A stretch of DNA of 64,000 nt from Promethearchaeota archaeon (GTDB lineage Archaea > Asgardarchaeota > Lokiarchaeia > Sigyniarchaeales > SOKP01): contig JAHPZJ010000013.1 of the NCBI GenBank assembly GCA_019058245.1, positions 406,289-470,288 on the forward strand, given 5' to 3'. The notes beneath the pieces are model-generated. The model ran no database searches and had not been told where the DNA came from. It saw nothing but the letters and a program-made list of their open reading frames with translations. The position numbers and the translations under genes are program-made. Shown in pieces: positions 49,252 to 60,292 of the stretch (the first letter of the stretch is position 1; the number at the start of each line of letters is the position of its first letter).

Positions 49252-49881
49252 TTATCGGATTCTCCTTAAATATTTTCTTCTTGGGGGTATTAAAGGTTTT
49301 TTATAGCCCAATAATTCTTCAAACAATACTTTTTGCTTCAATTGGGGACGAAATATAAACTTATAATACTTTTTTTTCCAATAGAAGCGTAAACTATTAA
49401 GATAAATCAATATTTCTTTTATTTGTTGAGGTTTAATTTCTATAAATGAGGTTATTATATTTTCTTCGGTATTAGTTTCAATATTTCTTTTTAAAAGTGT
49501 ACCATCAGTTTTTAAAATATAAATTGTTCCATTTAAATAAGAAGTATTTTCTTTATTGTACGTTATTCCTAAATAACGAGCATAAAATTTAAAATTTTGA
49601 TTAATTTTAGCATTTAGATAATTTTTTTGAATTATATCTCGATTTTTATTTTTGATTAATACTTTTAATTCTTGTTCTTCCATTTTTTCTTTATTTGTTT
49701 GGAGAATTTCATAATATTTCACTTGGAGATTGGTAAATATTAGCATTTCTAAATCATTATAAAAATCTTGAACTTCATGAGCTAAAATCCTATCATCTTT
49801 GATATGATCCCAGATTATGAAGAAAAGTACAGCAATTGATACTCCTAAACTCACATATACGAGAATATCTTCTGGTGCCAT
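49252..49881 (-). CDS. Hypothetical protein with N-terminal TM
   Basis: 209-aa ORF with a single hydrophobic segment. Confidence 0.7.
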   Translation of the reverse strand: MAPEDILVYVSLGVSIAVLFFIIWDHIKDDRILAHEVQDFYNDLEMLIFTNLQVKYYEILQTNKEKMEEQELKVLIKNKNRDIIQKNYLNAKINQNFKFYARYLGITYNKENTSYLNGTIYILKTDGTLLKRNIETNTEENIITSFIEIKPQQIKEILIYLNSLRFYWKKKYYKFIFRPQLKQKVLFEELLGYKKPLIPPRRKYLRRIR

Positions 49882-50201
49882 TATATTTGTAAAAATCTTT
49901 AACTTAATCCTTTGTTTTTGTTAATATTATTTTTATTTTTAATATGTATGTTTCTATAAAAATATATAATAGTATCAGACAAAATTTAATATATAATTTT
50001 TTATAAGGATAAATCCTTGGATTAAATTTTAGTAATTAGTGAATAATAAGAATTATAAATTCGTATTAAACAAAAATTGTTGAATATTTATACTTATCTA
50101 TTAAGAATTGACGTTTAAGCAGAATTTAAATAAAAAAATTATATTATAATAGTACAATTGAAATTTTAACAAAATAACTATTTCTTTTGAGGTCAGAAAC
50201 A

Positions 50202-50630
50202 ATGAAAAATAAAAAATGGATACTTTTAGGTATAATTGGTGGAGCTTTAATGATTATTAGCTCTGTAGTTGGAAGGGTAGGAATTATTGGTAGATTACTA
50301 GAATTACTTGCTGGAGTTGTCAATGAAGAGGCACAGAGAGTTATAGGAATTATACTAACTATATTTACTTATATTGCAGCAGGAGGGGGTATAACAGTAA
50401 TTGTAGGTGCCTTAATAACAGGATTCAGTTCAAATTTTGTAGGACGTTATGTTATGGGAATTGGTATTGGTGCAAGTTTAATCAGTTTAATAATTCTACT
50501 CATAACAAGTATATATGGAGGATCAACGGTTGAGGATTTACCTCAGATATTGCTAAACACATTTAATGGGATATATGGTTTAGCAGGAGCGTTTATTGCT
50601 ATTTTTGCTCGGCTAAAATTAAAGGATTAA
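50202..50630 (+). CDS. Gly-rich four-TM membrane protein
   Basis: Hydrophobic segments; ATG at 50202 follows GAGGT. Confidence 0.75.
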   Translation: MKNKKWILLGIIGGALMIISSVVGRVGIIGRLLELLAGVVNEEAQRVIGIILTIFTYIAAGGGITVIVGALITGFSSNFVGRYVMGIGIGASLISLIILLITSIYGGSTVEDLPQILLNTFNGIYGLAGAFIAIFARLKLKD

Positions 50631-50779
50631 AATGCAATTATAAGTTTTTTAAATTTATTTCCTTTTTTTTTCTGAATATTCTTATACAACTTAAAATAAG
50701 AAGAGAGAAAATTTTTAAGAAGAATTACATTTTAAAATACAAATTATTATTATTGATAAATAAAATATGTTGATATATT

Positions 50780-51664
50780 ATGGCAAAAGCAGAAGAATAT
50801 AAAATGTTTCAAGGATGTGTTATTGGCAACAGAATTCCATTTATTGAAGCTTCTGCAAGAAAGGTATTTGATATACTTGGAATAAAAACTTCTGACGCTG
50901 CATTTGCATGTTGTCCCGATCCAGTTGGATTTAATAGTACTGATCATTTAAGTTGGATGGCAATGGGTGCAAATAACCTTACTATCGCTGAAGCAGAAGG
51001 AAAAGATATAATTTCTTTATGCAATGGATGTTTTCAAACGCTAAAACTTGTTAATGAAGAATTAAAGCAGAGCGATCATGAAAAAGAAACCATAAATAAA
51101 ATTCTTAAGACCGTTGGCAAAGAATTCAAAGGGACAATTAATGTAAAACATTTTGTAGAAGTCTTGCATGAACATTTAGATTTAATAAAAAAAAATATCA
51201 AGAAAGAGTTAAGTGGTTTGAAAGTTGCCTGCCATACTGGATGTCATTATAATAGACCCTCTGAAAAAATGCAAACAGATGATCCTATGAAACCATTGAA
51301 ATTAAGAGAAATAGTTGCGGCAACTGGAGCAACCCCAGTCGACTATGAGGAAGAAATGCTTTGCTGCGGTTCTGGAGTTGGAAATACTGAAGAAGAACCA
51401 GCAATGCAAGTATTAGCAAATAAACTGACAAGTGCAACGAATGCTGGTGCAGAAGCTATGATAGTTAATTGTCCTGCATGTTTTCAACAATTTGATAATA
51501 ATCAGAAAAAGGCAGGAGAGGTTGGAGGTCAAGATTTTTCGATTCCTGTTTTATATGTAACTGAATTATTAGCTATGGCATTTGGAGAAAATCCAGATGA
51601 TCTAGGTTTAAAATTCCATCGAACCAGGTTAACAAAATTTTTAGAAGAAAAGGGTTTAAAATAA
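50780..51664 (+). CDS. hdrB: Heterodisulfide reductase subunit B (CCG domains)
   Basis: FQGC, ACCPDP, LCNGC, HTGCH, CCGSG, CPACFQQFD. Confidence 0.9.
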   Translation: MAKAEEYKMFQGCVIGNRIPFIEASARKVFDILGIKTSDAAFACCPDPVGFNSTDHLSWMAMGANNLTIAEAEGKDIISLCNGCFQTLKLVNEELKQSDHEKETINKILKTVGKEFKGTINVKHFVEVLHEHLDLIKKNIKKELSGLKVACHTGCHYNRPSEKMQTDDPMKPLKLREIVAATGATPVDYEEEMLCCGSGVGNTEEEPAMQVLANKLTSATNAGAEAMIVNCPACFQQFDNNQKKAGEVGGQDFSIPVLYVTELLAMAFGENPDDLGLKFHRTRLTKFLEEKGLK

Positions 51665-51731
51665 TCCCGAAAAACTATTATTATTAAATTTATTTACTTC
51701 TACTTTTTAGTCATTCGATATTTTGGATAAT

Positions 51732-52895
51732 TTAACTAAGCAGTAATTCTATTTCAGATAAAAGGTTTTCAGGCATTTTTTTCAAAAATCCTTGAGCAGA
51801 TTTAGAATTTCCTCCGCCTTTACCATTAAATTTTCGAATTAATTCTTGCATTAGTTTGTTGGAATCTATCATCTCATTTAGAGAGAGTAATCTTATTTTG
51901 TTACCTTCAAATTGAACAATAATAAGTGAATTTGGTGGAAAATTTTCTAAAGATTTATTTAAAATCTTTATATCAACGTCAAAACCAATATAAAACAACG
52001 AAATATCATCAATTAATTTTACTGGTAATTTAGAAATCGAACTTAAGAGCTTATAGGAGAGTTCTTTATGTTTTTCCTGTAAATTTTCAAAGAATTTTAA
52101 ACGTTTTTTAAGTAATTCTTTAAATTTATTCAAAGGAGTATTGATCTCATTAGCTAATTCGATTAAATCTGAATTTGTTTTAGAATACATCTCCAAAGCT
52201 TTATTTCCTATAACATATCTAATATCAGTCCCCTTTTTAAAATCATAAATAAAAATTGGTCCAATTTCAGTAGAATTTTTCACGTGAGTTCCTCCACAGC
52301 ATACCAAATCCAAACCTTTAATCTCTATTAATCTTACTTGAGATTCATTAGCGATTGCACTTCTTATTTTTTTTGATATTTCTTCAGCTTCTTTATATGA
52401 AATTATCTTTGCATTTACTTTTAGATTATTAGTGGTATAAATTTTATTAACTTCAGTTAAGATCTCACTTAATTGATCATAATCTATTTCTTGAGAAATT
52501 TGAAGAAAAACATCTTCATAATTAATAATAGCACGATTAGTTCCAATATTATATTTATTTTTGATAACTGCTGAAAAGATATGTTGTGAGGTGTGTGCTT
52601 TCATTATACCATTTCTATTATCCCAATCGATCTCTCCTTCAACAACATCTCCAATATTTATCTTATTTTTAAATTCAGAAGAAATATGATGTATTATATA
52701 ATCTGCGTTTTTTGTTACTTTAATTACATTAAATTCTTCATCTTTAATTTTTAAATTTCCAACATCACTAGCTTGATTTCCACTTTCGGGATAAAACAAA
52801 GTTTTATCTAATATTACACCTTTTTCATAAATTAATTTTACTTTTGCTGTAAACTTGGTTCTATAAGCATTATCCCAATATAATTTTTCTGTCAT
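51732..52895 (-). CDS. alaX: Alanyl-tRNA editing protein AlaX with C-terminal DHHA1 domain
   Basis: TEKLYW, TLFYPESG, HTSQH, CGGTH, GKGGG..SAQG. Confidence 0.88.
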   Translation of the reverse strand: MTEKLYWDNAYRTKFTAKVKLIYEKGVILDKTLFYPESGNQASDVGNLKIKDEEFNVIKVTKNADYIIHHISSEFKNKINIGDVVEGEIDWDNRNGIMKAHTSQHIFSAVIKNKYNIGTNRAIINYEDVFLQISQEIDYDQLSEILTEVNKIYTTNNLKVNAKIISYKEAEEISKKIRSAIANESQVRLIEIKGLDLVCCGGTHVKNSTEIGPIFIYDFKKGTDIRYVIGNKALEMYSKTNSDLIELANEINTPLNKFKELLKKRLKFFENLQEKHKELSYKLLSSISKLPVKLIDDISLFYIGFDVDIKILNKSLENFPPNSLIIVQFEGNKIRLLSLNEMIDSNKLMQELIRKFNGKGGGNSKSAQGFLKKMPENLLSEIELLLS

Positions 52896-53164
52896 ATTTT
52901 ATCATATCTTTATTGATTTTCCTTCTCTTCTAATCGTCATTTAAATTTATATCAAATAATCATCTAATATATTTCAAATTTGAGTCTGTTAAACACAAGA
53001 ATTAGAAAATTTTTTAATAGTTGAATTTTTAATAACACCACTCTTTGAAAATAGTAAAGATTCTCTCAAATCTTTATTTAAATATGATTTTTATTCAAAA
53101 TTGTAATTTTTCATTAAAATTAAGGAGAATCCAAAATAAAAAATTGGAAACTCTTTGAAAAATA

Positions 53165-56100
53165 TTATAAATTAGCGCGAATGATTAATCCCTTTTCTTT
53201 TAAAGATAAAATTGCATTTATTATTTCATCTCTACATTCTTTTCTACCAGCTGAAGCGAAACTTATTAGTCTTGATACAAAAAAAAAATTCTTATCTTCT
53301 TGAATTTCTTCAGCAATCTTGATAAGAGCCTTTTCTAAACCTTTTACCTTAATTACTTTACTTAATTCTCCTAATCTTAATGGAAAAACTAAGTTAATAT
53401 TAAAAATTTCTTCAAGTAATTTATCTGCGCTTTTAAAGGGAGTGGTTTCCCCCTCAAATTTCATAAGTTCCGGTTTAAATCTATTTTCAAATTTCTCCGT
53501 AAATAATTTTTGGTTTTCTTTTAATTTTTCTGTTGACAGACCATGTATAATTAACGCTACTCTGATGTATTCACCATCTGTTATCACAATTTTAAAATCA
53601 TAATAATCCATCTCAAATCCTTGATCTTTAACAATACCCTCATTTACCATTTTTATTTCGCTTCTAAATGCAGAGATCGCATGTAAAAATCCTGAGATTA
53701 AACTAGGATTAATATCTACTAGAGAAATTTGCTTATTAAAAATTGGAACACCAACATCTTTATGAATGATCATAATATATGCGGTTCTGGTTAAATCATC
53801 TAATATGGTTGCATTTTCAGCCCAAAATCGTTTTAATTTGATTTTTTTATATTTCAGTCCCACTACGGTAGCTAGAGCAATTCCTAAAATAACTCCTATA
53901 TATGGTAAAATTTTAAGAAAATGCTTAATAAATTGTTCTGATTGAGAAATTAGATTTATTTCAAGAGGTTCTACGCTTTTTCCAGCAGAATAATATGTAC
54001 CTGATGCATTATACACTAATTCAATAGAGATGTAACGATGATCCCTTGGCAAAGAATATTCAATTTGGATTTTTCCTTCGTTATGTGTAATATCATATCT
54101 AGAATCATCTATCAAATTTTGATCTTTATCATAAACCTTAACTATAATCATTTCCCCATCAATACCCACCCCTGTTTCATTATTAGTTAATCTTCCTTCA
54201 ATTGGGATATTGCTTCCAAAAGTGTGGGTTCCAGATAATTCTTCAATATTCAGTATTTCTAAAATAACATCATATTTAGATACTACAATTTCTGTTGTAT
54301 TTATTGCTAGAAACGCATGAGTTTTATTATATAAAATCCAATACGCTTTTACATAATAAGTTCCTTCTGATTTTGTTGTCGAAAAAATATCCCAACAATA
54401 TAAAACTGAATGTTCTAAGCTGCTTTCATTTAGTGTAGTAGTTTGACTAAAAATAAGGTCCGAGCTAGAGTTATAAATTTTTAAATATACATCCCCTCCG
54501 TAATTTTCTTGAATATTGATATCTGTTTTTATCATTTTATCTATAAATGTATTAGTTGAATTTGTATTAAGTGTGAGTTTGTTTTTTGATGAATTCATAC
54601 ATATTATCCAAATTCCATCCGAAATATTAGAGATCGTTACTGTTTTGAATTGATTATTTGATAAAATTGTTGGATACCATTCTCCAATAAAAGTAGGAGG
54701 TAGAGCTGAGTCATTATAAATTTCCATGAGTTGCCAATCCGAAGGGATATCGAACTGAAGACTCATGCTTTCTTTTATATTATTATAATTATCATATGAA
54801 TAATAACTAAGATCAGTACTTACATTCCATAAAATTTTTGTACTATTACTCATAACGTAATAATTCCAATCAAAATCTTGATATTTTTCAATGGAATATA
54901 TTCCACTCACATCAAATCGAACTTCAGGCCAAATAGATGTTATATTAAAAGAATAAACAAATTGTATTGGAACCCCGTTATCAATATCCATGTCCCATAC
55001 TCCTTCATCTGATATTGGTGTCCCCCAATTTTCTAAATGAATATCTAAAGGTTTTAATGAGTTGCTATTAAGTCCAAATCCAATTTTCGAAGCAATATCT
55101 GAAGAAATTGCATTTTGAACATGAAAATTTAAGCTAAATTCATCGATAGAGACATTTATCGCTTTTAAGCCACCATTTCCAATAAAGCGAAGTCTTATTC
55201 GAAGGGAATTATTATCACTTTCGTTAATTAAATGCATTATATACCATGTATAGGAAGAATCAAGTTGTAGGACTTTGGTATTTTCATCCTTATCTGCAAA
55301 AGTTTTATTATCTAAAAATTGGCGCCAATCAATTCCAGCAAATTGAGAAAAATTTCCACCATTATATATTTCTAATGCCGCAAGTGCAAGATCTGAGGAA
55401 TCTTGAATACTCACATTTGAACTAATGTGAAAATCAATTTGAGGTATTATTGGATTCGGCAGATTTAGTATCCAATCTTTTGGATCATCCACATCCCACA
55501 ATGAACTATCTAAATTTGTTAATATACTAAATTCAAACTCTATAGATGTAGTATTTGAATTAGAATCTCCAACAATAGACAAAAAATTATCATCATTTGC
55601 TTTAATTGAATCAAGAATTTCATCATTAGGTGTAAAAATGCTGCTGTTTGATGAAGTAATGTTATTAGAATAATAGAGTTTATGAATTATTGGATCATAT
55701 TTTTGAATGGCATCGATGGTGTTTATCTTTTCAATCTGCATATTAAATAAATTTATTGACAACTCATAATCATAATAATAAAGAAGATTATCATAATAAA
55801 ATCTAAATATTAGTGAATTATTCCCGTTTAAAGATGTGTTAATATGCTGAATGATAAAGAGTTTTTCTTCTGGTATTATTACAGTATAATTTTGCAAATA
55901 TTCTGTCTCTGAATTTAAAATCATATCATGAGTCATAGTATCATATCCTCCACTATCTGGATTATAGAGATCTAATTGTATATTTCTTAGCCCAGCACTG
56001 TTATTAACATTTAGTACTAAAGATATATTAAAATAGTAATTATTTAATATATTCTTCCATTCTGTGGGTTCATCAATATCAATAGTTTTTAATTCCTCCC

Positions 56101-57181
56101 ACGTATATTCAGAATTTGTTAGATTATCTAGTTCTAATCTAACTGTTACACTGATGTAGTCTCGATAATTACTTTCGTTATAAAAAGATTTGGTTATAAA
56201 TATATTTTCATCAAAACTTGTAAAGGAGGAGATATTTCCTTTAATATTCTCCCCTAGAATAGTTTTGTTTTCTATAACGTTTTCATTAAAAAAACTATGA
56301 TTTAAAAATTGGGGAGATATTGCAAATGTTTCTCCTTCTCCAATTTCATCAGGGTCAGTACCATCTGGATTTAAATAAAGAAATTTTAGGCCCCCCCCAG
56401 ATTTGTTATCATTTGGAGGAATTTTAATTTTAAGCGCATACCAATATTTGTAAATCCCATCCAAAAAAGTTGAATTTGTTTTTGATGTATCTAGAAATAT
56501 TGGACCTCTATTTGAATTTTTAAAATCAAAAACGTCCCAATGAGTTTCTTCAGTTTTAGGGTGAGGCTTTGTTAAGGTTCCTAATATTTCATTTGAGTTA
56601 GGAGTACCAAGTGGATCATTTGAGCAATTTACTATAGAAACTTCCCATTCATTTTCATCTGTATAATTATCTTTATCAATTCTATCTTGAATTAAAATAC
56701 TTACATTATTAATATATTGATCTGTTTTCACCGAAAATTTCTGATATACATAAATTGGATCAGTCTCAGAATAACTCTTAATAGATTCTGCCTGCTCAGT
56801 TTCAATATCTCTAGTGTAATTTATGGCATATATATTCTCGAAAAGCATATTTGCATGAGTTAAGTTCCAACCTTGAAGGAATAAAACTGGTTGATTATCG
56901 AGATCTGGTTCATCTCTATTAATATAACAATGTAAATTAGGAACTGAGATATTGCTAAATATTTTTCCAGATCTGTCAGGAATTATTCCAATTTCTTCAT
57001 AAGGACGATCAGATGCTGCTAGAGCCAGTTTAGAACTTTCTTCCTTGAGAGCTCCATTATACTTAGAATTATCTAATAGTATATTCTTAATATTTTTATT
57101 AAAATTTGGATAAAATCCAAAAAAAATTATTACTAACACAATAATAAAGACTTTTCTACTTCTAAAAATTCTTATTTTCAC
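53165..57181 (-). CDS. Large single-pass surface protein with cytoplasmic longin-like domain
   Basis: N-terminal signal/anchor, about 1050-aa Asn/Ser-rich region, TM (PYIGVILGIALATVVGL), then YIMIIHKDVGVPIF...LISGFLHAISAF...FEG. Confidence 0.78.
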   Translation of the reverse strand: MKIRIFRSRKVFIIVLVIIFFGFYPNFNKNIKNILLDNSKYNGALKEESSKLALAASDRPYEEIGIIPDRSGKIFSNISVPNLHCYINRDEPDLDNQPVLFLQGWNLTHANMLFENIYAINYTRDIETEQAESIKSYSETDPIYVYQKFSVKTDQYINNVSILIQDRIDKDNYTDENEWEVSIVNCSNDPLGTPNSNEILGTLTKPHPKTEETHWDVFDFKNSNRGPIFLDTSKTNSTFLDGIYKYWYALKIKIPPNDNKSGGGLKFLYLNPDGTDPDEIGEGETFAISPQFLNHSFFNENVIENKTILGENIKGNISSFTSFDENIFITKSFYNESNYRDYISVTVRLELDNLTNSEYTWEELKTIDIDEPTEWKNILNNYYFNISLVLNVNNSAGLRNIQLDLYNPDSGGYDTMTHDMILNSETEYLQNYTVIIPEEKLFIIQHINTSLNGNNSLIFRFYYDNLLYYYDYELSINLFNMQIEKINTIDAIQKYDPIIHKLYYSNNITSSNSSIFTPNDEILDSIKANDDNFLSIVGDSNSNTTSIEFEFSILTNLDSSLWDVDDPKDWILNLPNPIIPQIDFHISSNVSIQDSSDLALAALEIYNGGNFSQFAGIDWRQFLDNKTFADKDENTKVLQLDSSYTWYIMHLINESDNNSLRIRLRFIGNGGLKAINVSIDEFSLNFHVQNAISSDIASKIGFGLNSNSLKPLDIHLENWGTPISDEGVWDMDIDNGVPIQFVYSFNITSIWPEVRFDVSGIYSIEKYQDFDWNYYVMSNSTKILWNVSTDLSYYSYDNYNNIKESMSLQFDIPSDWQLMEIYNDSALPPTFIGEWYPTILSNNQFKTVTISNISDGIWIICMNSSKNKLTLNTNSTNTFIDKMIKTDINIQENYGGDVYLKIYNSSSDLIFSQTTTLNESSLEHSVLYCWDIFSTTKSEGTYYVKAYWILYNKTHAFLAINTTEIVVSKYDVILEILNIEELSGTHTFGSNIPIEGRLTNNETGVGIDGEMIIVKVYDKDQNLIDDSRYDITHNEGKIQIEYSLPRDHRYISIELVYNASGTYYSAGKSVEPLEINLISQSEQFIKHFLKILPYIGVILGIALATVVGLKYKKIKLKRFWAENATILDDLTRTAYIMIIHKDVGVPIFNKQISLVDINPSLISGFLHAISAFRSEIKMVNEGIVKDQGFEMDYYDFKIVITDGEYIRVALIIHGLSTEKLKENQKLFTEKFENRFKPELMKFEGETTPFKSADKLLEEIFNINLVFPLRLGELSKVIKVKGLEKALIKIAEEIQEDKNFFFVSRLISFASAGRKECRDEIINAILSLKEKGLIIRANL

Positions 57182-57431
57182 CCTCTAATCACAGTTTAAT
57201 TGAAAATTAATACATATTATTTCCTTTTTTTGATACTATATACTAAGGTCTAATATGTTATACCACTTATATATAAATATAGAATTTCTTCTTTGTCAGA
57301 TGAAAAAAAAGAGAAGAAGATTTCAAAAAAGTTAGTTATAGATATCCTCTTATAATTATAGTATTTCTTGAGAGCAAATGAAGATAAAAATCGTCTAAAA
57401 TATTTTTAATTTAGGATGAAATTTTTTTATT

Positions 57432-58745
57432 TCAAATCACTTTCCCAAATAAATTGAATCCATCAATTTTATAAATTTTAGCATCAATAAATTCTCCGTA
57501 TTTTCCCTCGTAATTATCAATAAAGACATTTTTATAGGCAAAATTCCTACCAAAAGCTTGAGCTGATTCGATTCCTTTATGCAGAACTAATACTTTTCCA
57601 CTCCAATCTTCCCACTTTTTATTCATATCGCTCAGGCTATTACGGTATATTTTTGATAGTCTTTTTGATCTTTCTTTTATTAATCTATTATCTAACTGTT
57701 CCATATTTTTTGCTTTAGTTCCAGGTCTAGCAGTAAATTTTGAGATATTTAAAATTTCAGGTTTTAGCCATTTAATAAAATTGATAGTTCTATTAAAATC
57801 ATATTCGGTTTCACCAGGAAATCCACAGATTATATCAGTAGATATTGTCAAGTCCTTAAATTCTTTTCTTATAGTGTCAATGTCATCTATAATCTCGGAC
57901 ATCAAATATTTCCTTTTCATTCGTTTGAGGATCTCATTACTTCCAGATTGAATAGGAATATGTAGGAACTGATAAACTTTTTTCTGCTTGAAGATCGATA
58001 TTAATTGTGACGTATTAGTAATAAAAAAGCTTGGATTTATCATTCCTATTCTTAAAAAAAACTCATAATCTAGATGAACAATATTACTTACTAGCTTTTC
58101 TAAAGTCACCCCATTATTTTGATAAATGCTACAATCCTGTGAGGTTAGATATATTTGTTTTATTCCTTGCTCTAATTGACATTTAGCATTTTCAACAATT
58201 ATATCTGGATCATAGCAATTTAATTTACCTCTCGCATTTTTTACGCAACAGTAAGTGCAAGAACCTAAGCATCCTTCTGAAATCGGAGTTATTCCCGTTA
58301 TTTTTCCAGGAGTGTGATCTATTTTATATATAGCTTTATCAATTTGCTTATTTGATCTGATTATTAAATTTTTTTTTCTATTCTTAATCTCTTGTAATAA
58401 TTCAGGAAGATCTATAATATTATTTAGACCAATTATAGCAGAAAATGATGGAATAATTTCTTTAATTACTTTAATGTAGTTTGGAGCTATATGAGGTAGA
58501 CACCCTGCAATTATTATATGTTTATTAGGATCTTCATTATATCTTCTATGCAAGTTTTTTAAACGGGTTTTCATTTTATTTTCTGTCTGTTCCTTGACTG
58601 CACATGTATTAATAATTATAAATTGGGCTGTATTCAATGATGTTTCAATATAATTCGCATTTTTCAATGCATTTGAAATGATATATGAATCTGCTTTATT
58701 AGATGTACATCCATATGTCTCTATATAAAATGAATTTTCTTGCAT
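57432..58745 (-). CDS. mtaB: tRNA t6A37 methylthiotransferase (archaeal MtaB/MiaB family)
   Basis: ETYGCTSN, NTCAVK, GCLGSCTYC, HIPIQSGS, GFPGET, C-terminal TRAM-like region. Confidence 0.87.
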   Translation of the reverse strand: MQENSFYIETYGCTSNKADSYIISNALKNANYIETSLNTAQFIIINTCAVKEQTENKMKTRLKNLHRRYNEDPNKHIIIAGCLPHIAPNYIKVIKEIIPSFSAIIGLNNIIDLPELLQEIKNRKKNLIIRSNKQIDKAIYKIDHTPGKITGITPISEGCLGSCTYCCVKNARGKLNCYDPDIIVENAKCQLEQGIKQIYLTSQDCSIYQNNGVTLEKLVSNIVHLDYEFFLRIGMINPSFFITNTSQLISIFKQKKVYQFLHIPIQSGSNEILKRMKRKYLMSEIIDDIDTIRKEFKDLTISTDIICGFPGETEYDFNRTINFIKWLKPEILNISKFTARPGTKAKNMEQLDNRLIKERSKRLSKIYRNSLSDMNKKWEDWSGKVLVLHKGIESAQAFGRNFAYKNVFIDNYEGKYGEFIDAKIYKIDGFNLFGKVI

Positions 58746-58872
58746 ATTACGCTGTTTTTAAACAATATAATAATTTATAAAAAGACCTTGATTATTAGGT
58801 ATTAAAAACGTTTTTTAATTAAAATTATCTATTATAAAAGAAATACAAGTTAATTATTTGATGTGTATCATC

Positions 58873-59326
58873 ATGACAAAAAAAATTAAATATGCTTATT
58901 GTAAAGTCTGTAAACAAGAAGTAGAAAAGTCAAGCAGAAAACCATTGGACACATCTCAAAAATTAAAATGGGTTATTATATGTATTGCTACTATAGGATT
59001 AGGATTAATAGCATATGCGATTTATTTATCTAACCGTCCCAAATCTTATTGCCCTGAATGTTTCACAAAGTTAGAATATTCAGATAAACCATTTGTAAAA
59101 CCAAAAAAGAAGAAAGAAAAATTATCTCCTAGAGAGAAAATACTAGATAAGGCAGGATTATTAGAAGATACAGAGGAAGTAGAAACTGTAGAAGAGAAAC
59201 CAGAACCAAAGAAAAAAGAAAAAGAAAAAAAAAAAAAAAGGGAAGTATTTTTGTAGCTATTGTGGTGCAGAATTAGAGGAAGATTATGTGACTTGTCCTT
59301 TCTGTCAAGCAACTCTAAAACCTTAA
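58873..59326 (+). CDS. LITAF-like zinc-ribbon membrane protein; C-terminal zinc ribbon frameshifted at an A15 tract
   Basis: CKVC-hydrophobic-CPEC; in-frame stop at 59256; the +1 frame after the A run reads GKYFCSYCGAELEEDYVTCPFCQATLKP, ending at 59326. Confidence 0.7.
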
Positions 59327-59466
59327 TTCCCTATTAAAACTCAAAAAAAATCATTTTCTTAACAATTTAATAATAAAAATAAATAATAGGAAAACTAATT
59401 ATTAAAATATAGATTTTTGAAAACCTAATCTAAATTTAATTTAAAATTTTACGAGATGAATTAATT

Positions 59467-60246
59467 ATGCCACGTGCAGGAAGAAAAGAAATAGCGAGAG
59501 CGCCTGATCCCCTTGATGTGTATAGTGCATGGGATCTTCGTTATGCAAAATTCATATATTATGGATTTATAGTTGCTACTGTCATTGTTGTATTAGGAAT
59601 ATGGGGAGTGATTATTGATTTATTATTTCGTGGTGGTGCTTGGGAAACTTTCTTAAACCTTGATCTTGGATTTCAGTTTGCTATCATTGCTGGTGCAATA
59701 ACAGGTCATTTATTCTTATTAGTTCTCTTTTATACACTTTTTCGTGGAGGAATGGTACGATTATGTCAAATTTTATTTAAAGACCGCCTTGTAGCGAGTA
59801 AATGGGAAGACTTTTATGGTTTACGTATGCTTATTGGCGTTGCTCTTTTAGGTCTTTACATTACATTAATCAGTGTTATCATTGGATTGCTTCCATCATC
59901 ATTTAAAGATCTTGTACAAAAAGTGTGGAATTGGCAAGTTGAAACATTTAATAGGTATTTCGGATTATGGATAGTGTGGGTAGGACTAATAGTATTTATT
60001 GTTGTGGGGATTATTTTTATTGGAATCATGCTTTGGAATAAAGGAGTGTTCTGGGTATTACGTCATGTCAAGGAAATTGAAGAAGAAATTGAAATAGAAG
60101 AAAATATTAAGAAAGAAGCTATTAAGAATTCTGATGAAAGAACACTTAGAGATATTTATAAAAAAGAGACGGGTCAAAAACCCATACATAGAGGACGAGA
60201 GACTCGTGGATATAAGGAGTGGAAGAACAAACTAGGAATAAAATAA
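59467..60246 (+). CDS. Four-TM membrane protein of unknown function
   Basis: Four hydrophobic helices; charged C-terminal tail YKKETGQKPIHRGRET. Confidence 0.8.
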   Translation: MPRAGRKEIARAPDPLDVYSAWDLRYAKFIYYGFIVATVIVVLGIWGVIIDLLFRGGAWETFLNLDLGFQFAIIAGAITGHLFLLVLFYTLFRGGMVRLCQILFKDRLVASKWEDFYGLRMLIGVALLGLYITLISVIIGLLPSSFKDLVQKVWNWQVETFNRYFGLWIVWVGLIVFIVVGIIFIGIMLWNKGVFWVLRHVKEIEEEIEIEENIKKEAIKNSDERTLRDIYKKETGQKPIHRGRETRGYKEWKNKLGIK

Positions 60247-60292
60247 TCAAATCTTAAAAAATAAAAAAGTAATTTATAATTTTTTTTATATC

